Source of the DNA: Parachlamydiales bacterium
Lineage (GTDB): Bacteria; Chlamydiota; Chlamydiia; Chlamydiales; JAJFMK01
Assembly (NCBI GenBank): GCA_963765145.1
Contig: CAVXVG010000024.1
Span: forward strand, 1-64,000
Length of the DNA: 64,000 nucleotides
Direction: 5' to 3'
Of the stretch, positions 10,937-20,726 are shown in pieces (position 1 is the first letter of the stretch; each line of letters starts with the position of its first letter). The translations under genes and the position numbers were made by a program. The notes beneath the pieces were generated by a model. The model saw nothing but the letters and a program-made list of their open reading frames with translations. It was not told where the DNA came from and did not search any database.

Positions 10937-11265
10937 TTTTCATTTAAATATTACAAAAGAAGACCTCTTTCTGGAAAAGTTAAGCATCAACTATGGAAAA
11001 ACGTCCTGTAAATTTAACAGGGTGAACAGGATGAACAGGATAAACTTGGCCTAGTGCTATTCTAAATTGGTAAAAGCAACAAGAAAGAAAATGCTTTTGA
11101 CTCCAATGTAACAGATACCAGACCTAATCAATTCTTCATTTCATTTTTAAAACGCTTTTTTGTTGGCGGAGCTTATCTTGTTCATCCTGTTCACCCTGTT
11201 ATTCTTATGTTACAACCAACATGCTAGGTTGATGCATATGCCTGTTCATCCCGTTAAATGTAGCA

Positions 11266-12683
11266 GTAGCGAGTGAGGAACCATGAAGAGTCCCTGTTTT
11301 TCTTCCTAGGTCAAAGGCAGGTTCACGAATTCAGGTAATAGCCAATTTCTGGTCGTATTTGGAAAATGTCATTAAAATTGTGCATCCAAACCGAAGGCAT
11401 GAGCTGGTATAAGAGCCTGCAAAATCTGACCGCTCGCCGCTTACATCTCTCCAATACTCATTTTCATTAAAGTGACAAAGTCGCATTTTTTTGAAAACCT
11501 AAACATCATCCTGTTACCACTCCGTAGTTCCATGAATGTGCCAGGGTGCTATCGGGGCCAATCGCCTCCCCCTCCTCCAAAAGATCTGACAGGACCTGCG
11601 CTTGGTGTTCCGCTGAGAACAGCATCTCTTTGCCACATAGCATAGCTTTCGGGTTTTTGGTGTGGACAGCATCAGAAAACTTATGTTGCCAAGGAGGCTC
11701 CCTACAGAGGTAGTTGAAGTTATCATCATCAGCGCTGACCATACTGTTGGAAACGACGAAACCGGTCATTTCATCGAGTTTAAAACCAAGAAATAGAGTC
11801 CATATTATCACAAGAAAACTAGACGGACCGCCGAACATCCCCGGTTAAAACAGCCCCTTTTATACAGGGAGCCATATCTGTTCCTGAATGGGCGCAGGCC
11901 TGAATAGTCCAATATTTGTTCAGCATGGCGGTGAACATTACGCCTGTCTGTGTGTAGGTGTCAAAGGTAAAAAGGATGCAGTGGCTTCCCATATAGTTGT
12001 CAGGTGCAAACTGAGTTTCGATGTCCGGGCAGGCAATCCACCTTCCTGTACGAACAATCATCCCCTGAAATACCTTAGGGAAGTAACAACAACGTATTGT
12101 TCAGTGAAATCATAGCGGTAAAGGTAGTTGTGCTTAAGCAATTGATCGCTTGTCCATCCACCTCCCGTCATGTACCGATAGTCGATACCTACTAAAATGG
12201 TGGAACGGAACCCTACATCGATGTGGGTAGTTTGGACTGAATCAACCTGACGCTCTACCCTTAAGACAAATTGGTCGAGTTGTGCACTATTGGGCACCAA
12301 CCAATAAGACATCGGCGAGTTGGAATATTTACAGTTATAGAGATTCGCTGAGAAATTCACCCAGCCATATGCTTTGATCCGACTTTCTTCGATCAGATCT
12401 CCGCAAGGTTTGCTGTAGATAATCTTCATCAGGGGATAGACAGAGTCATCTGGGGGAACCCCGATTAATGGGTAGCCTTGAAAATTCGCCGGAAGGAAAT
12501 GGAGGAGAAGGAAGGGGGCTGGCAATGCTCTCCGAGGTTTTTCTTCCTCTTTGTCATCGTCGTCCTTGTCATCGCAGTCCTCTTCTTTTTGTCAGTGTCG
12601 TCCTTTTTCCAATGGTCAGAGTAAAGTGTTCCAAATAGGCCTGTTGTAATAACTAAAAGCAAATTGAAGAATTTCAATGACAT
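11266..12683 (-). pseudogene. Indel-laden mirror copy of the BBP2-like porin
   Basis: Fragment ORFs 11819-12061, 12058-12525 and 12465-12737. Confidence 0.85.
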
Positions 12684-12848
12684 ATTTTTCCCAATATAAA
12701 GAACAATTCTAAAGCTGTTTATCCTAAATCCCAACAAAATTTTTCCACGCGATAGCTTGAGCTCTTAAAACGCTTCGCAGAAGAATGGACAGTTTGAAAT
12801 AGTTAAAACTGCTATAATTTGTATAAATTTTTAAATAGAAGGGTTTCG

Positions 12849-13726
12849 ATGTCGATTACGTTAAGGTTTTCTATTCCATCTGCTGAAGCAAGTTGGACAA
12901 CAAAGAGCGCCAACCTATTAGCACAAAAAGTTGAAGAGCAGTTGCCTCATGTGAAGGTAAATGTTGTGTGCGGGAAAACTATACAAGCAGGGTGAAGAGC
13001 TGGCAGCCCTTCAAAAGAGAGATCTTGATCTAGCGACTCTTTCGTTTTCTGACTTAGGCGAACCATTTAATGCTTTATAAGAGCTTATTTGATCAAAGAT
13101 TATGAGCATTTGCGCAGAGTTGTGGAGGATACAAGTTTTTGGCTAGAGTTTTGCAACCTTGTTTCAGAAAAATTGGGCATTACGATCCTTTCTGTAATCT
13201 ACATCGAACCAGACATTTAGCCGAAATCGGTGAAAAACAGTTCCAAAGTGAAGATTTTGCATTAAGGATGCCGAAGGGAGAGGCTTGGGCTCAAGTGGCT
13301 AAATCTTTGGGTACACATCCTATTCCTATTTCTCTACATGATTTGCCAAAAGCCATACAGGATGGTCAAATCGATGGGATTGATAGTCCGTTGCCAGCGA
13401 TAAAAGCTTATAACTTAGAAAAAATCAAAAGACTCGTATTAACTTCACACCTGGTCGATTGTATTTTGATGGTTAAGTCGAATAAAACAATCCTTCAACC
13501 TGAAGAAGAAGCAGCCCTTTTTATAGCTTCAAAAGAAGCACAGCGTTTCAATGACATTCATCGGAGGGAGGAGGAAACAGGTCTTTTTCTTGAATATGCC
13601 CAAACTCATAGCGTCGTGGAACCGGACTATAGTGAATTGGAAGGGAAAGCTGATACCTATTACAGAAAGCATCTTCAGCTTTCTCAGGAACAGCAAGGTT
13701 GGATTGAAACGATCCAGCGACTTTAA
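12849..13726 (+). CDS. Mirror copy of the DctP-like gene (frameshifted)
   Basis: Reverse complement of 5132-6011. Confidence 0.7.
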
Positions 13727-13734
13727 AGGATAGG

Positions 13735-14268
13735 ATGAAAATAAAGACCGATTGGCTCATATTAAGAGAATGGGAAGACAGAGACATCCCTCCTTTTGTT
13801 GCGATCAATCAAGATCCGTTGGTGATGCAACATTTGTTAAAGCCCTTAACTGAAGAGGCTAGGGCTTTAGTAGAAACGTTTAGGCGCCATTTTAAAACCC
13901 ACGGTTTTGGGTTGTATGCTTGCGTCGTAAAAGAAACATCTCAATGCATCGGTTTTGTCGGTCTCAATGTTCCAGCTTTTGTCTCTCACTTCACCCCTTG
14001 CGTTGAGATTGGATGGAGACTTGCCTCAACTGCTTGGGGGCATGGGTATGCTACTGAAGCTGCTACGTCGGTTTTGAAAGAAGCTTTTACGACATTTGGT
14101 CTTCAAGAGGTGGTCGCTATTACAGTTCCTCGAAACAAACGTTCGATCCGTGTGATGGAAAAAACTTGGGATGACGCGTGATCGAAGGCGATTTCGATCA
14201 TCCCAAGGTTCCTCGCAGGCCATCCTCTCCTCCGCCATGTCCTTTACAGAATAAAATTTTTTCCCTGA
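13735..14268 (+). CDS. Mirror copy of the GNAT acetyltransferase (3' frameshift)
   Basis: ORF 13735-14181 matches 4587-5123. Confidence 0.85.
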
Positions 14269-14424
14269 AGCAATCCCTTGCCCTTGCCCGTGCCCTTGCC
14301 CGAATTTTAAGTAAAAGCCATCTTAGACACTAATTTATAATGGTTTTTACTAAGAAACATTCGGGCAAGGGCAAGGGCAAGGGCAAGGGCATGGGCAAGG
14401 GTAGTTCAGGTGGAGAAATGCTTC

Positions 14425-16256
14425 TTACCTTTTCACAAATTGGATGAGGCGGCACTTGATGCTGAAAGGGGGGTTTTTGTCGCTGTCGGTGAATAGGTAG
14501 ATTTCGGAGGCGTTAAGCAATTCGGCATCACTTGCATCAGATGTGACAGCTCCGGGAGGAATTTGCTCTTGAGTGAAGATTTCGCGGCTGCAGCGGATCA
14601 GAGGACGCCTTTCAAACGTTCCGAGATATTCAAAACGGGTGAAGTTGGTAGAGACCAAAAGATCGTACATCTTCGGAACATGGCTAGGAGTAAATAGGTG
14701 CCCTCGTAGTAGAGGACATTTTTTGCAAATTGAGAGACTCGCGAAAGTATGGCAGTTTTATTGACAAAGTAGGAGGTGTCTAAAATGGCGAGTAAAAAGA
14801 CTGTGTCTGCCTGTGGAATAGACGATAAGAAGGCGCTATTTTCCATGTCTCCAACAAGAAATTGAGCATTGGGGATCTGTTTTTCCTCTACCATTATATT
14901 TGCATTTTCAATGCACCTACGAGACAGATCAATGCCGGTGATCGAGCGTGCGCCTAAGGTTTGGCAGGCAAATAAGACAAACCCTTCATTGCATCCAAAA
15001 TCCAACAACGATTTACCAACGATGTCTTTTTGGAGGAATCGGCTGGCCCGAACGTCTGCCTTATCCCGATCTTCTTCATAGGGCCGCTCTGTTGAGCCAT
15101 AATTTGGGTTTTTCATCACCTGATTGGTGACCAGCTGTCTTTTAGCATCACAAACATAAAAATATTTGACGATGGTCTCTCCGATGGTTTCATCGTTATT
15201 TTCAAAGAACGAAGCTAAACGATAAGCAACACTGACAGGAGTATGCGAGGGAACCTCTGCAACCAATTTGTGCGCCGCAGAAATTTTTCCACCCAGAAAT
15301 AAAATACCAAAAAAGAAAAGCTTTGCATTGCGTTGCGAATCTGAAAAAGGAATAAACCCCCAAACAATTCCTTGCGCCCCTTTTTGTACAAAGTGCCTCG
15401 AAAAAAAGGTGCCATTTTTTTCAATGTCTATTGAATTGGCCAACGTTATTAATGTTTCTTCTATTTTTTCCTTAGCATTCGGTGGAATCGGCGGAAACTT
15501 TTCTTCTCTATCTAAAAATGCCTTCTGGATGCCATCTTTTGGCGAAATTTTCAACGGGAAGTGTGTGAATGAGGGGTAACGACTTTGCCGGACATTAAAG
15601 AAGGCAGGATAGCCAATTCCTCTGAACATTTGACTTTAAGTGGAAAGAGAAACGGATTGTCCTGTACTTTTTCGAGGCAGGTAGTAAGGGTTGTTTTCAT
15701 TTGATCCCATCTTTTCATCATCATCCAACATTCGGCAATGTGAAAGGTGATAAATGGGTTTTCAGGCAACAAAACATGTGCAATGGAAAATGACAATAGG
15801 GCAGGCAAAGACCGTTTTTTGAGCCTGTTGGCAAAAGCCCAGCCATAGATAAAAATCTCCATTTTGGGGGCATAGCAATGTTAACAGGCGAAAGGCCAGT
15901 TGCCCCTTCATAAAATCGTTTGCTAGGTAAAAGCTTTGCCCTGCGTAAAATAGATACTGAAGAAATTTGTAAGGAATGATTTCGTTTTGTTCGTCTTTTA
16001 AAAGCTGATCTAAAAGATCTCCATTCTCTAAAACCCATTGGTTTAATTCGATAGAGGCTTCAGGGTGCAGTTTCTTTAATTCTTCGCAGGTTAACTTGAA
16101 TCCCCCAACGAGCTCTTCGATCAGTTCGGACATTTCTTGATGAATGTGCGGTGCTTCGTTTTGCAAAAGCTGCTCATTTGCTTGTTTAATCGATGTAGCA
16201 AGGGTGTTCCAAACGGTATCGAGCCATTCGACTGTTTCTTGATGAGCAAGAGCCAC
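14425..16256 (-). CDS. Mirror copy of the TPR-methyltransferase (three frameshifts)
   Basis: ORFs 15762-16256, 15551-15862, 14598-15629 and 14425-14670. Confidence 0.8.
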
Positions 16257-16313
16257 TAGACGTTCCTTAAGGTTTCATGTTCAAGCCATTCATTTCAAAA
16301 TAACAGTTTAACT

Positions 16314-17174
16314 TCAAGCTGAATTGTGGGCGCTGTCTCCCGCAGTGACATCGTAGGTTGCGCCAGATACCATGTCTGCTGCATTAGAGGCCAGAAAAGT
16401 GACGACGGAGGCAACCGCTTCAGGCTGGATCGAAGGGACACTCAGAGGAGTTCTCCCTTGCAGGATTTTTTTAGCCTCGCCCTCTTCTTGTGATAGATCG
16501 ACCTTTTTGTGGGCCTCATCTAAAACTTGTTCATACCGCTCTTTATGCCGGGTCAGCGGGGTGTCGATCAGTCCAGGAACGACCGCATTGACAGTAATAC
16601 CATAGGGGCCAAGTTCCAATGCAGCTGACTTCATTAAACCGATAATGCCCCATTTGGAGGCCGAATAAGCCGACCCCTCTCTCATCCCATGCCTACCTTG
16701 GGTTGAAGAGGTAACAATGATTCTCCCTCCCCCCCTTTTTACAAGATAGGGAGCAAAAACGCGGATCGCATTGGCTGTGCCTGTTAAATTGACATCGATT
16801 TGTGTATGCCAATCTTCATCTTCCATCTTTAAAAGAGATGCAAAGCCCTGTACGCCGGCATTTGCAAAGAGGATATCAATGCCTCCGAACATGCCTTCAA
16901 TTTCAAGAGCCGCCTTTTGAAGCGCTTTAAAATCGCGTTGATCGAGGACAATCGGATGAAAACGAGTTCCGGCCTGTTGGACGAGCCTTCCGGTTTCTTC
17001 TAGCTCTTCTTTGTTTGATCCTTTCACTCCAAAACGGGGAGAGACAACCTTGCAAATGTCCATTCCGATGACATGAGCCCCTTCCTCTGCAAAAGCGATA
17101 GCTGTTGCTCGGCCAATGCCGCGCGCGGCACCTGTGATCACAGCTACTTTTCCTTCCAACCTTTTTTTCGACAT
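16314..17174 (-). CDS. SDR-family oxidoreductase, intact, 286 aa
   Basis: TGxxxGIG, NAG and YxxxK motifs. Confidence 0.92.
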   Translation of the reverse strand: MSKKRLEGKVAVITGAARGIGRATAIAFAEEGAHVIGMDICKVVSPRFGVKGSNKEELEETGRLVQQAGTRFHPIVLDQRDFKALQKAALEIEGMFGGIDILFANAGVQGFASLLKMEDEDWHTQIDVNLTGTANAIRVFAPYLVKRGGGRIIVTSSTQGRHGMREGSAYSASKWGIIGLMKSAALELGPYGITVNAVVPGLIDTPLTRHKERYEQVLDEAHKKVDLSQEEGEAKKILQGRTPLSVPSIQPEAVASVVTFLASNAADMVSGATYDVTAGDSAHNSA

Positions 17175-17281
17175 AAGCTTTCCTCGATTTTAAATTTTGC
17201 ATATAGCAAATCTGTAAAATAAAAAGGCGACCTCATTGAAAATGAGGCCGCCTTTTGTGAGAAAGCTAAGAAGCTAACTGA

Positions 17282-18328
17282 CTAGAAAGCTAGATTGACA
17301 GCTACGTATGGTCCTTGAGCATTTAAATTGCTATAAAGATCCATAGTGTCGCCGGCGTATGCAACATCATAGCCTAAGATGTTGTCTATAACGTTGCTGT
17401 AATAGAGCATCTCATATCCAAACTCGACAGTGCCTGCGAGGCAGAAGCAATCAAAGCTGCTGCTAAATCCAAGTCTTGCATCAAAAGCAGGTGTAACTCT
17501 CCAGTAGGTGTCATTTTTGATTGACAACCCAAGAGGGCCTGTTCTAGTGGTAACATCATTAAGGCAGGCTTTAGTGTTGCTGGCCAATAATGCAGCTCTT
17601 GCGTTGGCTACAAATGTTAAGCTTCCATCACCGTGTGAAAAGAAGTCGTGTCTATAATCCACACCAAATTGTGGCCCAATACCCCAGAAACGGGAAGTGT
17701 TACGCAAGTTGTTTGAAACAAATGCAGCTCCATCATCGGTTGAGTAGGAACCTGTGCTCAAGTGGTCTTCTTTAAATTTGACATAGGCAAAGTGAAGCCC
17801 AACCAAAAAGGTCATGTTTTCGCCGCAGCAACCAGGGTGTATACGGTTAAAAGTGAAATCTCCGCCGTAGTAATGGATGTTGAAGCTATCTTGGACAACG
17901 CCATCAAATGGGGTGTCTTCGCCGCTTTGAGCGCCATCTCCAGGAAATCCTTTTGTTACCCATAATACAGGACCTGCAAAAGTGGTGGTGTGGCTAGATT
18001 GAAGCCATGTAAATCTCAAGTCGAGATCTGTTGGGCATTCTGGCATTAAGTAGGCAGCTTCTACACGGAACCCAGATTTAAAAGGTGGGTTGTTGATGTG
18101 TCTATTAGCAAGAGGATAGTGCTCGCCATCGAAAAAATTGTCAGTTGCTGATAGAACGTAGTGAGGTTGATCCCATGTTGTTTGGAATATAAGGTATTCA
18201 CCTCTTACCAAAAAACGGGGTTGATCTTCACAGCAGCAGCTGTCGTATGCATCATCGTATACATATTCGTTCGCTACTAGGGCTGTTGAACCCAAAACGA
18301 GCGATAATAAAAGAGAACGGTAGGACAA
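17282..18328 (-). CDS. Cys-rich Lpg1974/MOMP-like outer-membrane porin, intact; probable TTG start
   Basis: AAGGAA precedes the TTG; signal peptide; FWGIGPQFG; C-terminal GPYVAVNLAF. Confidence 0.72.
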   Translation of the reverse strand: MSYRSLLLSLVLGSTALVANEYVYDDAYDSCCCEDQPRFLVRGEYLIFQTTWDQPHYVLSATDNFFDGEHYPLANRHINNPPFKSGFRVEAAYLMPECPTDLDLRFTWLQSSHTTTFAGPVLWVTKGFPGDGAQSGEDTPFDGVVQDSFNIHYYGGDFTFNRIHPGCCGENMTFLVGLHFAYVKFKEDHLSTGSYSTDDGAAFVSNNLRNTSRFWGIGPQFGVDYRHDFFSHGDGSLTFVANARAALLASNTKACLNDVTTRTGPLGLSIKNDTYWRVTPAFDARLGFSSSFDCFCLAGTVEFGYEMLYYSNVIDNILGYDVAYAGDTMDLYSNLNAQGPYVAVNLAF

Positions 18329-18441
18329 GGGTAAATTCCTTCTTTTTTTTAGGTTGAAAGGGTCCACATTACTCCGAAAGATAAAATGACGCAAGAGTTG
18401 ACTGTAAATATTTCCCAAAAAAGGTTATAATATTTGGTTCT

Positions 18442-19419
18442 ATGATGAGCTTATTACCTAAAAACTCAAAGGGTTGCCCGTTTTTGATCCTAGCGCCTAT
18501 GGAAGGGGTGGGCGATCGGTGTTTTCGAAAAGCGATGGCTTCGATTGGAGGTTTTGATGAAGGGGTCCGAGATTTTCTCCGTGTCCCCACCAATGCCCAT
18601 GTGAAAAGCCTAGCTGTCCAGTATGAATCGGACGAAATTGCTCCAATCCCTCTTGCGGCCCAGCTGATGGGGTCTGATCCCGATTTAATGGCCGATATGG
18701 CACGAGAAATGGAAGCCAGAGGGGCAAAAAGGATCGATCTCAATTGTGGATGCCCTTCAAACACTGTGACAGGCAGAGGGGCAGGTTCAAGCCTCTTAAA
18801 AGATCCAAACCACCTGCATGAAATTGCTAAAAAGATGGTGCAGGCTGTTTCTGTGCCTGTGACAGCCAAGCTCCGTTCCGGTTTTGAAGATACCTCTTTG
18901 TTTAAAGAGAATTTACTTGCGGCACAAGAAAGTGGCATTGCTTACCTTACCCTTCATCCTAGAACAAAAGTAGAAGGATATGGCCCACCTGCAAATTGGG
19001 ACTTGATTGCAGAAGCAAAAAAGACATTAAAAATCCCCGTTGTAGGCAATGGAGATATTTTGACTGTTGAGCATGCCTTGAAGATGTTGAAACATACAGG
19101 TTGCGACGCCCTCATGATTGGCCGAGGCAGTGTGATCAATCCGTTCATCTTTCACCAGATCAAAGGTCATTTTGCAGGAGAACCGTATCACCTTCAGTGG
19201 GACAAGCTGGTCACCTATTTTACAGTATATCTTTCTGAAATAGGGGAAGAGATGGCCGAGCGGTCAAAAATCAATAAGATGAAACAGTTATTCGGTTTTT
19301 TCTTCAAAGGCAATGAAGCCTTATTAGCTAAAAGAGACCTTATTTTAAGGTCCTCTTTTAACTCGATCCAGGAGTGTGTTGAATTTACTCTTCCTCAATT
19401 ACAAGAGGGATTTCTCTAA
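18442..19419 (+). CDS. dus: tRNA-dihydrouridine synthase family protein
   Basis: LAPMEGV, IDLNCGCPS, HPRT, VGNGDI and MIGRG motifs. Confidence 0.95.
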   Translation: MMSLLPKNSKGCPFLILAPMEGVGDRCFRKAMASIGGFDEGVRDFLRVPTNAHVKSLAVQYESDEIAPIPLAAQLMGSDPDLMADMAREMEARGAKRIDLNCGCPSNTVTGRGAGSSLLKDPNHLHEIAKKMVQAVSVPVTAKLRSGFEDTSLFKENLLAAQESGIAYLTLHPRTKVEGYGPPANWDLIAEAKKTLKIPVVGNGDILTVEHALKMLKHTGCDALMIGRGSVINPFIFHQIKGHFAGEPYHLQWDKLVTYFTVYLSEIGEEMAERSKINKMKQLFGFFFKGNEALLAKRDLILRSSFNSIQECVEFTLPQLQEGFL

Positions 19420-20503
19420 TTGCCTTTAACCAGCAGGAGCTAAATAAAAGTCCTCCTTGGTGCTCTCCATAGCCGATTCCTTTGATTCCATTCAGGATCG
19501 CCTTGATATCCTCATGTTCTTGTTGAAACAGAGCGACGTCTTTCATCGCCTCTTCGAGCTTTTTTTCTTGATCAAGAGCATTCAACTTCTCTTCAGGAGT
19601 TGTTTCTTGGTTAGGAATAGGGCGAAGTCGGGTAATACCTGTTTGCGTCGATGCTTGAAAAAAGGAAGGGATAGGCTCCTCTTTAAGAGGTCCGAAGGCA
19701 TAGAGATAAACAGCTCTGGCTGCTAAGAAAGAGAAAATATCTGGGTCATTTTCTTCCATCATATCTTTAGTGTCAGGTGTGAGTTGACCATCAGCAAGAA
19801 AGTGGGTCTTGATAAATTCGACCCCTTCATTCACCTCTTTATCAATATCTGCAGTCAGGTTTCTCAACCTTCCGATGAGCGTCGCCGGTTGAACATCAAA
19901 GGTTTCACCGATTCCTTCAGGAAGGCCACTCATCAATAGAGCAATCTGGCCCCTGTGCTCCTCGCGAAAGTATTTTTGGTCGAGAGTCTTGCTGAGCGAA
20001 TCAACAACTTCGCCTGTAGGAATGCGTATTCCTGCAAATATAGAAGCGATCGCTATCAGACCACCAAAAGCCTTAAAAGATGTTTTCGCAATCGCTGCAT
20101 AGGGGCTTGTATCAACAGCATGACGCGCGAATGACTCATTTGTGCATATGTTTACTAAGCGGAGATTAAACCCAAAGCAATTGCATACATTCCAGGAGAC
20201 AGTGAAATGGCTGCTTTCCAAAAGCTTTAGTAATAGATGGCAGGGTCTTTTGGTCCATGGCAAAGTGCAAGCTGCGGGTAACAGCAATACTCCGCAAGCT
20301 ATTCCTTCAACTAAGGAAACGACGACTAGCAGTGCCGATCCAATTTCTGCAACGACAGCTCTGCCGATCAGAAGATGACGATCGTAAGGTTGTTCCTCTT
20401 GAAGCACCCAATTTTCCTCACTGCCGTGGGGGTTGCGAAACAACATAAGTTGAGTCGTTAACTGACTTGAAAAACAGGTTGTAGGGGTTGAAAGGCTGGC
20501 CAT
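19385..20503 (-). CDS. Hypothetical membrane protein, 372 aa, effector/Inc-like
   Basis: Long ORF with a Ser/Thr-rich N-terminus and a long hydrophobic stretch (AVVAEIGSALLVVVSLVEGIACGVLLLPA). Confidence 0.6.
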   Translation of the reverse strand: MASLSTPTTCFSSQLTTQLMLFRNPHGSEENWVLQEEQPYDRHLLIGRAVVAEIGSALLVVVSLVEGIACGVLLLPAACTLPWTKRPCHLLLKLLESSHFTVSWNVCNCFGFNLRLVNICTNESFARHAVDTSPYAAIAKTSFKAFGGLIAIASIFAGIRIPTGEVVDSLSKTLDQKYFREEHRGQIALLMSGLPEGIGETFDVQPATLIGRLRNLTADIDKEVNEGVEFIKTHFLADGQLTPDTKDMMEENDPDIFSFLAARAVYLYAFGPLKEEPIPSFFQASTQTGITRLRPIPNQETTPEEKLNALDQEKKLEEAMKDVALFQQEHEDIKAILNGIKGIGYGEHQGGLLFSSCWLKAIREIPLVIEEE

Positions 20504-20540
20504 AGAAGAATAATCTCGAAAAAAAAGACTATATTACTAT

Positions 20541-20649
20541 AGCTTCAAATTTTTATAAACAAAACTTTGATTGAACCGAATCGATTTTTCTGGTAAATTC
20601 GAATAATTATTTAATTTTTTCTCTAGGAAATGTGATGAAAGGACAAGCT
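20541..20649 (+). repeat. Exact 109-bp direct repeat of the brnQ upstream region plus its first codons (second copy 23434-23542)
   Basis: agcttcaaatttttataaac...gtgatgaaaggacaagct is identical at both sites. Confidence 0.95.
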
Positions 20650-20652
20650 ACC

Positions 20653-20726
20653 TTTTAAGGTCCTCTTTTAACTAGATCCAGGAGTGTGTGGAGTTTGCCC
20701 TTCCTAAGCTGCAGGAAGGGTTGTAA
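20653..20726 (+). pseudogene. Diverged copy of the dus 3' end (19343-19419)
   Basis: Translates LRSSFN*IQECVEFALPKLQEGL*, against LRSSFNSIQECVEFTLPQLQEGFL* in dus. Confidence 0.9.

Larger units (their letters stand above)
1..18858. repeat. Giant inverted duplication: left arm 1-9449, right arm 9467-18858, loop about 17 nt
   Basis: The reverse complement of bases 1-30 occurs at 18829-18858, and every ORF is mirrored. The centre reads gaaccgacaa-ccactgtgcatcgtact-ttgtcggttc. The right arm is indel-rich next to the fold. Confidence 0.97.
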
